Origin: Conidiobolus incongruus B7586 | Taxonomy: Eukaryota | DNA: 50,575 nt | Assembly: GCA_000697335.1 (NCBI GenBank) | Contig: JNEM01008164.1 | Location: 1-50,575, forward strand | Direction of reading: 5' to 3' | Shown here: positions 39,612 to 50,575 of the stretch, piece by piece | Position numbering within the stretch: the first letter of the stretch is position 1 | How the letters are laid out: each line of letters opens with the position of its first letter | Notes under the pieces: generated by a model | The model's input: the letters and a program-made list of their open reading frames with translations, nothing else | Database searches by the model: none | What the model was told of the DNA's origin: nothing | Program-made: the position numbers and the translations under genes

Positions 39612-40576
39612 ATGAGTGATAGAGTCATAATTTTTGTGTTAGGTAATAATAGATAAATATTGATATATTTTTGATTAATCGAATGTAATAAAGGTGGTCC
39701 TGGGAGTGGCAAAGGTACTCAGAGTACCAAATTAGTTAGAGAGTTTCAATTTCAGCATATTTCAGGTATATTTCATAAATCTCAGCCGACTTATCATCAA
39801 CATATCGGTATTAAACACCAATTCATTAGCTGGTGATTTATTGAGAGAAGAAATGAATCAACCCGATTCCCAATACGGCGAAACCATTTCTAACTGCATT
39901 AAAGATGGCTTACTAGTCCCTCTCAAAATTACCATCAATCTCCTGAAAACCAAGTTGGATCAATCTGAAAATACCAAATTTTTAGTCGATGGCTTTCCCC
40001 GAGAGCTGAATCAAGCTCTGGAGTTTGAAAAATTGATCTCTGAGCCTAACCACGTCATCTACTTCTCGTGTTCAGAGGAAGTGATGTTAAAGAGATTGTT
40101 AGAACGTGGTAAAACAAGTGGTAGATCGGACGATAATGAGGAATCTATTCAGAAAAGATTTATTACTTTTAAGAATACTAGTTTACCTGTTATTGATTAT
40201 TATAAGGGAAAGAATAAAGTGTCTGAGGTACGCTTTATTATTGCATCATGATTTTTTATGATATTAAATGAAATTCAAATTTTTTAGGTTCCATGTGAGC
40301 AAACTCCCGATGAAGTATATCAAATAACCAGACAAGCAGTGTTGGATTTAGGGTAAATTATTTCATATATATTATTATAATCAGTAATCTAATATATCCA
40401 ATATTAGTATTGACCCCGCCACATTAAACAGTGAGCCTGACAATATTGCTAATGGAACATCTGTTGAAGACCCAGCTATAGCTAATGTGAATAATGCCAC
40501 TACTCAAGTCGAGCAACCTGGTACTGCTGCTGATGCTAAAGAGGATGATAAGCCAACTTGTTGTAACATTCTTTAG
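39612..40576 (+). CDS. URA6: UMP-CMP kinase with optional fifth exon encoding a CaaX tail
   Basis: Exons 39612-39642, 39694-39765, 39830-40227, 40288-40352, 40408-40576. IFVLGGPGSGKGTQ, HISAGDLLR, FLVDGFPR, RGKTSGRSDDN. Unspliced stop at 40354-40356. TATATAAAG at ~39546. Confidence 0.9.
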
Positions 40577-40893
40577 CCAAATCCATTAATTACATATAAT
40601 TAATTATCCAATATTAATAAACAATATATAATTGTAATAATTAATCCACATATATATTTTTTATAATTTATTTCTGTTATTTAAGACTTTGAGTTATTTC
40701 AAAATTACCGAATTTGCTGTATTACAACAAAATCCCATAATTAGATTCAATTCAATTCCATTTTAAATTTGTTTCATCATGTACAAAAATTCTGATATTT
40801 TTTATAAATAATATAAATTATTGTAAGTAAAAGATATTACTAATAATAAAAATATATTTAAATTAAATAATATTTGAAAATTTTATTAGTAAA

Positions 40894-41675
40894 ATGATGG
40901 ACGATTTCAACGGCAGTAACTCCGATGACAATTACACTAAATATTGGGTTGATTGGTATTTATCTCTAAAAGGAAGTGAATACTTTTGCGAAATTGATGA
41001 AGAGTACTTGAACGATCGCTTTAACTTGACCGGTTTACCTAACGAAGTTGAGAACTTTTCCTTGGCTCTGGATATGATTTTGGATAATTTAGGTATTTTA
41101 TTAGTGAGAGATATTATTTATTTGGTATTAATATTGAGGTTATTCAGGTGTTGCTTTGGATAATGCTACGAGTGAAGTGGTTGAGAAGGATGCCAAGCAC
41201 TTGTACGGTTTAATTCACGCTAGATATATTTTAACGATGAGAGGATTAGCTAAAATGGTAATATTTTATTTGTTTATTTATTAATTATTTCTAACATTTA
41301 TAATAGTTGGAAAAAATGAAGAATAACCACTTTGGAAAATGCCCTCGAGTACTATGCCAAGGTCAACCCTTATTACCTGTAGGATTGAGCGATATCCCCA
41401 GAACTAAGGGCGTTAAATTATATTGCGCCCGCTGCGAAGATATTTACCAACCCAAAGCTAACCGTCATATAAATTTGGACGGAGCCTATTTTGGTACCAC
41501 ATTCCCCCATATGCTATTGCAAATTTATTCCCATATAGTACCCGCTAAGTCCAACGAACGTTATGTACCTAGAATTTACGGATTTAAGATTAGGGATGTG
41601 ACGAAAATTCATGAATATCAAAATGAAGAGCTTAAAAAGCATAATCAAAGGGCTTTGACTTATTTTCAGCAATAA
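40894..41675 (+). CDS. Casein kinase II regulatory beta subunit, 3 exons
   Basis: YFCEIDEEYLNDRFNLTGL, LYGLIHARYILT, FGKCPRVLC, LYCARCEDIY, DGAYFGTTFPHM, YVPRIYGFK. Confidence 0.95.
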
Positions 41676-41975
41676 GATTAATTAAATTTATCTAATAATG
41701 GGCAAATGGGCGGTGATTTCTAATAATATGTTGGAATTATTGGTTGGATTATTAGTTAATAAAATATTTAAATATAGTATTATACATATATTCTATGTAT
41801 TTATATATTTATTTAATATTAAAACCGTATATTAAGAGAGATATTGAATTTAAATAATGATTATAAAAATATCATTAAAATCGATATATTAATTGAAAAT
41901 TTTGAAAAATAAAACATGATATTACTATATGTAACAATAATTAATCTAAATATATTTTATTCTTCTAATGCAAAT

Positions 41976-43541
41976 TTACTCCCCTCTACCCAAATTATCT
42001 GTAAGCAGGGTAGTCAACATGTAAAAACAGAGATAAGGCTTAGAATTATATACTTCTTCAGCATTGGCTAGCTTAATATCCTGATCATTGAACAAGTACC
42101 ATCGATTTCGATTCCAGCAGTAGTTAACATAGTGACCAGTGTCCAAAGATCCTCGATGGTTGACAACTGCGAACAACTGATAGTGATATGGGCTCAGTCC
42201 AGGTGCGGATTTTTCATTCAAATGTGAATATTGCAATAGATCTAGATATTTGGGTAATAAAATATCTGTATCAATCTTGGAGGGTGTTGGATACTGTGAG
42301 AATCGTTTAAACTGAATGCATAGTACTTTGGGTAATTTAAATAGTTTCATTTGTTTGGTTGCCTGTCTAGGCTTTTGACAGTGTGAACAATTATAAGAAT
42401 CTGGGGGAAGTGGCTCTGGATGCGTAAATTTCATCAAGCAGTCGTGCAAGGTATATCCTTCAGTGTTGGTGGCATCTTCAATGTGGAGAGATAGATCAAG
42501 GAATGGATCCGATGTAGATGTTATAGAATTACAAGATTGGCAAGTAACTTCAGAACGTAATACCCCTGAGAAAGTTTGATGGATAATGCATTTACATTCT
42601 AGTGAATTGGATGAGTGGTTCTCATCTTCCTCGTGCAATTGGTTGAGAACTGCCATTAGAAGTTCGTGAGCGTCGTGTTCGTGATACCCTGCCAAATGCT
42701 TGGAAGTAGACCAAAGTTTATGTAGGAATTTGGTTGGTGAGATGGGTGTGTAGTTGTCTGAATAATAATCGAGTATAAAGTTCGTCAATTCACAACTCAA
42801 ACAAACATTACCCTCCGTTGAGCTATCACCATTACTGCCATCACCCCCAAATTCATCTATATCGTCGTGCATATGATCCAACTTTTCGTAGTAATCGACC
42901 AACAAACGATTATGAGCAAACGTTTGCAGAATCGAATTCAAAAAGCAAGTACTCCCCAAATTCCTGAGACCTCTAATTAATTTACACTTCATATGTGTCT
43001 TAATTAAATCTTTCTGAAAGTAAAAGCAGTTTAAAATCACTTCATTTTTAATTAAACTAAAATTCGAATTCAAATACTGGAACTTCATCAACAGTTTCGT
43101 AAATTTAATCAAATGGAATAAAGTATCATTTAAGATATAATTCTCGCAAAGATTGCAATATATCAAATTCAAATTAAAATTATAACTGAATGCGTGTTGG
43201 GTCTGCTTCAAATGCTGTGTCATGTGAGAATTATTGAAGTTTTGGTCACATCCCATATAAAAGCATTGGATGCAAGTACTCAGCCATTGATTGTTGTTAT
43301 GGCATTCTTCACATTTTGCAATAGGTAGGGATTGGTACAGACTTACCAATTCATTGGCCATCTCTTCCAAGTTGTGACTTCCTGTGTTTCTACTGGTACA
43401 TTCTTCACTCAGATTATTGAGCCAAATGGGTATCTGTTCAATGAGGAAACTATACTGAATACAATTAATTAGTTTGAGTTTAAATTTGTCAAATTCTTTA
43501 TCTGGTAAAGTGGTTAAATGCTGACAATTACTTGAAATCAT
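41976..43541 (-). CDS. UBP8: SAGA deubiquitinase Ubp8/USP22-like (ZnF-UBP + USP)
   Basis: N-terminal CQHL and ZnF-UBP, Cys box GLRNLGSTCFLN, HDAHE, CIIHQTFSGVLRSEVTC, His box HRGSLDTGHY. Confidence 0.9.
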   Translation of the reverse strand: MISSNCQHLTTLPDKEFDKFKLKLINCIQYSFLIEQIPIWLNNLSEECTSRNTGSHNLEEMANELVSLYQSLPIAKCEECHNNNQWLSTCIQCFYMGCDQNFNNSHMTQHLKQTQHAFSYNFNLNLIYCNLCENYILNDTLFHLIKFTKLLMKFQYLNSNFSLIKNEVILNCFYFQKDLIKTHMKCKLIRGLRNLGSTCFLNSILQTFAHNRLLVDYYEKLDHMHDDIDEFGGDGSNGDSSTEGNVCLSCELTNFILDYYSDNYTPISPTKFLHKLWSTSKHLAGYHEHDAHELLMAVLNQLHEEDENHSSNSLECKCIIHQTFSGVLRSEVTCQSCNSITSTSDPFLDLSLHIEDATNTEGYTLHDCLMKFTHPEPLPPDSYNCSHCQKPRQATKQMKLFKLPKVLCIQFKRFSQYPTPSKIDTDILLPKYLDLLQYSHLNEKSAPGLSPYHYQLFAVVNHRGSLDTGHYVNYCWNRNRWYLFNDQDIKLANAEEVYNSKPYLCFYMLTTLLTDNLGRGE

Positions 43542-43799
43542 TTTGAAAACGAATTTAAATATGTGACTGGATTCTAATTTATTATATTTGACACTAGAAA
43601 TTTGAGTTGGAATATTATGGGACTGAAAGTTCCAATTAAATTCGACATTTGAGTAGAATGTATTGAATGTGAAAAAGATATCTACAATATTAGAGTATCA
43701 TTGTATTGGAACATTACTTAGTAGAGTTTGAGGTTATTTCATTATAAAGCAAAGTAACAAATATTTGAATATATATTGTATAAATAACTATATATGTAT

Positions 43800-45448
43800 T
43801 TATTCATTACATGTAGAGTAATCCGATCCTTCCTCAGAAGAGTCTTCATTACCAAAGGATTTTTGTAATGCCCTCTGGTTCCAATTCAAGCATCGATTCA
43901 AGGAATTGAACCATTCGGATCCAGCTGAACTACCCTTGCAGACTGTTGGGAATGGGTAAGATGATGTTTGGATTCGAATGTAGTCACCTCGTTTTAATTC
44001 GATACTTCCTCTACCATCAAAGCTACCCCATGCTGTGCCTCTAGCAGTAAATGGCACACATAGATGAAGTACGGAAGTATCCGGTAATAGCATAGGACGG
44101 AATGATAATGTGTGAGGGCAGTTTGGTGTGATTAAAAGAGCAGGAATTTCAGGATGAACAAGAGATCCTCCTGCAGAGAGAGAATAAGCAGTAGATCCCG
44201 TAGGTGTAGCAACCGTCAATCCATCAGCTTGAACAGTTGTTAGCATTTCCCCATTGGCATATAATTCAATTAGGGACATGAAAGGACTTGGGCCACGATC
44301 AACCACTAATTCGTTCAATACTTCAAAACTTTCTCCTTTTGTAAATAATGCAGAATTGGGAATGTCGATATTTAAACCGGATTCGTCATCTTCCTGATCT
44401 TCAAATTCTTGTAATAAAATCCTTAAATGATTGATCTTGTGACTTTTCTTCGATTTACGACTACTTTTATTGGAGAAGGGTTGCAGTAATGATCCTGATG
44501 ATTTAGGCTGTGTAGATTCTATTAAGTCATCAGGGGTGTTGTTTGATTTTGATGAATGCTGATTTGGATGGCTATATCTAAATACGGTGCATGTAAGCCG
44601 CATCCTCAGGTTCACCTTAACACCATTCTTAAAGCAGTTATTTAAAGTCTGTTGGTATTCAGAGAATGGAAAACTAGATAAAAACCCCAGAGATCCAAGA
44701 TGGAAAGGGATGACTGGGGGGACCATATTTTGAAAAAGCCAACTGGTATATAAAACAGTACCATCACCACCCAGCGTCAGGACCAAATCAAATTGATCCG
44801 CCGAGTATTGGCACATTTCAGGCGAAAACGTCTGCATGGTATTCTTATTGTCATTTCGGGAAATTCTAACCTGTATTTCATCATAATCAAAATGTCTGTT
44901 TGTTGTCAAATGGGGATCAATAAATCTACAGTATTGAATTAGTGCTTCATACGATCCAATGTCAATATTATCAATGCTTACATATCTAAAGAATTTACAT
45001 CTTCAGAGCTGGAAGATGACGTATCCGTGTCAGTTTCCGAAGATTTTGGCGAGTAACTTGGTATTTGAATATCTTCCAACAGCCAGTTCACCAACTCTCT
45101 CGCCTTTTTAGCAACTTTGGAATCTCCTGGTTTTGTGACAATAAGGATGCGTTTGGGGGAAGTCCACCTTATTTTACGTCTACTCAAACTTCTACATATT
45201 TTCCTAACAGCGACAGCAGCTTGTACCAGATTGGGATGTGATGTATATTGACGCTGTGGTGGATGTCCTAATGAATTCAAAAGGTTTTGATGTATTGACC
45301 TTGGACTAGGCTCTGGGAAATCATCTGAAGAAACTGTCGAGCTCTGAAAAGAGTAAATACCATTAGATTTGTCATTATAGCCGTTCATATGAGATGTGGT
45401 GATATTCATTTGACTAAATTTATTTTGTAAAGGGATAGGATTAGTCAT
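43800..45448 (-). CDS. NAD(+)/NADH kinase (Utr1/Yef1-like), one intron ~44927-44981
   Basis: TLGGDGTVL, LGSLGFL, VLNELVVDRGPS, DGLTVATPTGSTAYSLSAGGS, CPHTLSFRP. Confidence 0.93.
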
Positions 45449-47005
45449 AGAAAAAAATAATATACAGTTAAAGAGAAAGAAAAGGCGTTAAATTGGGAGG
45501 CTAAAAAATGCAAAAAATATCTAGAATGATAGAACAAATGAAAGTCTATTATAAATTAATCAAGGAAGTCAACTATTATTTATATTTTTTGAAAAAGAAT
45601 AGATACGAGATGTTGAAACTGGTTTCAATTTTGAGAGAATATATTTCAATTTCAATCTCATTGCCAAAATAATCAAAATAATTATTAATAATTGGTCCCT
45701 ACTCTCAATGACAATCTTGCCAATCCGTTAATTAATCCATAACCATTAAATAAATTAGGTTTCTGTTGAAATTTCCATCTATTAAATTTGATTTGCTCAA
45801 AATTCTTTTTTCTAATTTATCTGGAATCGACACGATTGGAGACTGATTACTAAAATCAAAACCATTGAAATTAATTTAGTAATTTTTAATTTTCAAAAAT
45901 GTTTTAAAATATTTAATAAGCATAGTATCATACTATTATTATGTTAAAAGAATTCAAAATTTAGAAAATTTTGGAATGATTTATAATATACTAAATAAAA
46001 ATTTAGATAATTTTTATAAAATGTTATCATTAATTTTAATGTAATTTTTTGTTTATTTATTAATAAATTAAAACTAGTTCAGTTTTTAAATTCAGGATTA
46101 AAGGCTTATTTGGAAAATACTGTCATAATTAATTTTCATCAAACTTATAATTTAACGATACAGAATTACTTAAATTTGGTCTGATAGTTATGATCCAATA
46201 GATTTTATATATCATTTATATTGAAATGACTAATGATTTGAATAAATGGTCAAATATTTAAACTTGGTATAGTATGGTTAAATTTCTATTTACATTCAAG
46301 TCAGTATTAATACTCGAAATTTGATCCTACGATCTTGAAAATGAATAATTTAAGAACTCAGATTAGAAGCGATGGCAATTGTTACTGGATTAATATAGGT
46401 ATCAAAATTAATAACTATACACAGTAAATTGATGGTGATAAATTTTTATTAAAGTTGAAATTATCACAGTCAAAATGTACTTTATTATGAAATATTTGTG
46501 AATAATGTTAATTGAATTCCTTTCTCATTGTAAAAATCATTCTCAAATAAACTGAAGCAATTGGTTTCAAAATAAGTCTATTAAATCAAATATATGCTCA
46601 TTTGAATGAATTGATATTAGCAAAATCACAATATTATTGTATTATATATTTGATTAATTGGCCAATTTTAAAGGTTAACAGATATGTGATTTTATAAAAT
46701 TCTATTAAATCATTATTAATTCCAAAACAACTTAAAAAATTGATGTAATATTTTTTGATAATTTTTAAATGCAATGTCATCTGATTATAGAGGATAAAAC
46801 CATGAAAAATATTCACATAATTGGTGAATTAGATCTGATTAAATATTTTGATCAAACAATTTGTGATTTTTTAAATTTCAGACTTGAAACCTGTGCCAAC
46901 TAATTGGTTTGACCCATAATTTATTTGAGGTTACACAACCATATAATAATAATAATTAACAGTAACTAAACTTAATATAAAAAATAAGAATAACATTTAG
47001 GCAAT

Positions 47006-47474
47006 ATGGATTATTTAGGATATATTTATGCTACATTATTGAGTGTTGGTGGTATTGTGGGTTATGTTAAAGCTGGTATAATTCAATATATTAATTTTTG
47101 GTAATATTTATTAAGATTCAATTTAGGCAGTACTCCTTCGTTAGTTGCCGGTGTTGGTTTCGGTGCTGCTGTAGGTTATGCAGCTTCTAAAGTATCTCAA
47201 AATTCTAAGGATTCTTTACTTGCTTTAGGTAATAAGCATATTGTTTTTAAGCTAAGATTTATATTTATCAATTTGGTTAGTTCTATCTGTTGTATTGTTA
47301 ATTGTTATGGGAGTTCGATACATCAAAACTCAAAAATTTATGCCTCCAGGTTTATTAAGTATCCTCAGGTAAGACCATTAATTTCAATATTTGATATTTG
47401 GTTTGATTTGATTTTATTAACTCTAATCTAGTTTATTTATGTCAATTCGTTACGCTATATTATTCCTTCAATAA
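47006..47474 (+). CDS. TMEM14 family small membrane protein, 4 exons (not in ORF track)
   Basis: Spliced product [36 protein letters not shown]...MGVRYIKTQKFMPPGLL. Confidence 0.9.
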
Positions 47475-48181
47475 TCCTCAAACTTGACTATTTGAATTGA
47501 TCACTTGCTTAACCTTTCAATAAATTATTTTTCATTAAAATCAACTGCAAAACTCCATTTTGTATACTATTTGGCTTCACCTTAATTGCTAATCATCATA
47601 AATTACTAAATTGAAATTTTACAAGAGCTTCAAAATTGAAATATTCATATCACATAATTAAATCGTTATTTGAATTAAGCCACCAATCCATCTTTATCAA
47701 ATTGTTATATTCTTAATTTTGAAAATTATTATCTTTACACAACAAATACCCTTTAAAGTAAGTCCTTCCGTAAAATACCTAACCATTCTATTCATATTTA
47801 GCAGTTTACAATTTTTCAGCTTTTAATTTTCTTAAATGACATCTCTATGTCCGATTTATTTTCTTTAGTCATTAAATCTCTTTTAAGTTCCGATATTATC
47901 CTGATTTCAGATTTTTTATGTAAAATTCTTTGATATATAAATTTGGTAGAAAATTTACGAGTAACAAAAAATCCTATTTGATGGATAAGATTATTTTAAG
48001 TTTCGTCATTTTAGGGTTTAATGAGTTAATTTTTCGAAAGATCATTTGATCTTGGGAATTTCAATTATGTGAATGAGGTTTACAATAAAAAATAGTACGC
48101 AAGAGTTTATCATGCTTATATAGATAGGACAACTGTAGATAATGGTAATATAATAAAAACACATAGTTGAAATGATTGGAT

Positions 48182-49430
48182 TTATTCGTACCATTTGGGA
48201 ATGACATATAGAAATATACCAACTAAAGCTGTAAGACATGGAATAGCTAAAATATATGAATATAACAATAGAAATGCAACTTCGTCCTTATAACTATTGG
48301 TGTATGCAGCAACCTGAACCAAGGCTACCGATGGAGGACCTGAAGCAACGAGCATCATAGCGAACTGAAACATTGGATCATTTCCTAATTCATAATAAGG
48401 TTTTATAAAATACAAAAATATGAGTGTGACTGCGGGAACTAGAAAATATCGTAGGATAAGGATAGGTGTTATTGGAACATTAACCCTCTCTTGATCAGGC
48501 TTTTGACTCGCGAAATAAACCTCATATCCTAGGTTTAGTAAAAGTAGAGGAATAGTACTCTCGCCAATGTAACTGAGTCCATTTTTGATGGATTGGAATA
48601 AGAAAAAATCTCCAAATAGTATAGATTTCAGATAAGGCACTAAGATTACCAACATAGCAGCATATGTTCCAATTAATGGAGGTGTCAAAAAATTTTTAAA
48701 AGTCTTGTAGAATTGATCCAATCTCGAATTCGATGTCATACTCATGCTTGGCTGAGATCCTAAGAGAGGACGGCTTTCTTCATCTTCGTCCAATTGGAAT
48801 AGTTTGACACCATAACTCCATCTCCCTAAATTCGTGAATGCAGAGTATATGATGAGGTAAGAGATGCCTCTTGCGTCCATTGCACTGGGAGTATCATTTT
48901 GACCCCATTTCAACCAGCCTGAATTGGCACCAAAAGCAAGTACATGAATCACACCAGTTGGAACGCTATTCGTATTACAAAAACTAACAGTTGCCTTAGT
49001 AAAATTGACCCAATATTTAGAATGCTTCAAAAATCTACTGACTAAATGACTCAATCCTAGCGAAAGCAGTGTAACGAATGTACAAATAAGAGGAATAGGC
49101 CAAAATTGGATTAATGTATTAATAGATATAGAGTTGGATAATTTGATGAATAGCATCACAGGTAGGAAGAAATTGACATTTAATTTTGCTAAATTCTAAA
49201 TGAATTATATTTAGTTTCAATGAATAAAAATGTATAATTATGAATATACTCTAGACATATCTTCAGAAATATAACGATATTTAGCTAAGCAAAACCCACC
49301 AAAAGCTATGGATACATTGGTGAAAATAGCCTAAATGGAGCATTAAATCAATATCAGTAAATAATATTAGTGATTGTTTTACCTCTAACGAAGCTAAAAG
49401 AATTAACTTTAATTCCACCAAATCACCCAT
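48182..49430 (-). CDS. Auxin-efflux-carrier family (PILS/ECM3-like) transporter, 3 exons
   Basis: MGDLVELKLILLASLE|AIFTNVSIAFGGF..|NLAKLNVNFFLPVMLFIKL, FCNTNSVP, ARGISY, RWSYG, TPPL, IPLLLLNLG, DPMFQF. Confidence 0.87.
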
Positions 49431-50575
49431 CAATGCTATTCGTAATAGAAAAAAAAATTACAAATACTAAAGGGAAGGAAAAAGTATTTACCACAAGTTT
49501 ATCAGTGTATAATTTATATGAAATCGCTATCTGATTCAATTATGGTATCTCAAAATTAGCATACAATTTGTACAGATGATCATTTTTAAATTAAAAATTA
49601 TTTTGATATCATATTTTTGATCCACTGCGCTTAGTGACTTGAATTTTATAATTTTGTCGATTTTTTGATTAATGAGAGGGTTAAAATATTGTAGTTAAAT
49701 AGACACTTGAAAATAATTATTTCCTAATTTTTAATTTATTTGTTATTGAATATGACTTATAGAATTAATATCTGGATATTATTAAATATTGGATTATTAC
49801 TAATTTTACCTAAATATTTACAATATGTATTATTTAATTACTCCATTTTATATTGCAGATTTGAGAAAATTTTCATTTCTTGTCAATAATTATTTTCTAT
49901 GTCTATCATGCTATTAAATTATAATGTGGATTTGGAATAATTTGATAAGTTCAGAGATCATATATTATATGTAATTTAAATGTTAGGGACAATATTTATA
50001 TTAGTAATATTGCTAATGCGATTAATTCAATAATATTATCTAGATTAGATTATCTAAATGATATTATCCTGAATTTTAAAATTAGTTGAAAATACAAATG
50101 AATTAAAAATAATAGCATCAATTAATTAATACATATCATATTATAGTATATTTTACAATATATACAATTTTGGTATTAATCAAATATTATCAACAATTAT
50201 TACTCCTTATAAAATTTAAATATCAATTCATTTCAAATTATAAATCATTGTACTGAAATTTATATATATTATCATTATAGTTAATAAATATTAATTTTAA
50301 TGTTTATTATGAAAGAAACCTGATTATAATATATTGATAAAGTTTCTATTTTTGACAGTAATAATGACTGTATTTTCTTGATTAAAAAATATATTAAATA
50401 TTATATTTGAAGTTAATTATAGTATAGGGAAATATATATTATATATACATAATATTGTAATTTATTTTGATTATAGAAAATTTTCTATTATTATTATTAT
50501 TATTACTCTGCATTTTTAATAATGGGAATTTTTTGCAATTAAAAATAAATAAACATTTGAATATATGATATATAA

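Noticed and set aside
30725..45448. Functional cluster of chromatin/NAD genes (sirtuin, NTO1, CK2 beta, UBP8, NAD kinase)
   Set aside because: Interspersed with unrelated genes and consistent with chance.
45900..46820. Coding-like decayed sequence (also ~1900-2400 and 6300-7900)
   Set aside because: Stops in all frames and no recognisable domain, so no family can be assigned.
4008..48239. Nested and antisense ORFs inside the homeobox, PEX1, Lon, Sel1, NTO1, URA6 and PILS genes
   Set aside because: Alternate-frame shadows of real genes.
1..50575. CRISPR arrays, rRNA, U12-type introns, intact transposases
   Set aside because: None seen. No RTATCCTT donor at any inferred intron.

Overview
AT-rich eukaryotic nuclear DNA with many ~50-60 nt GT-AG introns. 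Gene content and composition point to an early-diverging fungus, possibly Conidiobolus/Entomophthoromycotina-like (inference). Genes in order: atypical homeobox gene, PEX1, tRNA-Glu(CTC), mitochondrial Lon with two frame breaks, an identical inverted tRNA-Glu, RNA14, TMEM42-like, UBC1-like pseudogene, Sel1-repeat Chs4/Skt5-like, damaged GPN2, SIRT4-like pseudogene, expansin-like gene, sepiapterin-reductase-like SDR, NTO1/BRPF, UMP-CMP kinase, CK2 beta, UBP8, NAD kinase, TMEM14 and a PILS/ECM3-like transporter. Two copies of a decayed dispersed repeat are also present. Best leads: (1) the UMP-CMP kinase stop codon lies inside a 5' splice site, so splicing would add a 55-aa tail ending CCNIL (lipid-anchor switch); (2) an orientation-specific CCCATA(A) element lies upstream of most housekeeping genes; (3) an anomalously long RNA14 intron carries poly(A)-like signals; (4) a candidate spliced noncoding transcript converges on the homeobox gene; (5) genes around the repeat show G>A-biased decay. 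All exon structures were read by eye, and several single-base frame breaks may be assembly errors.
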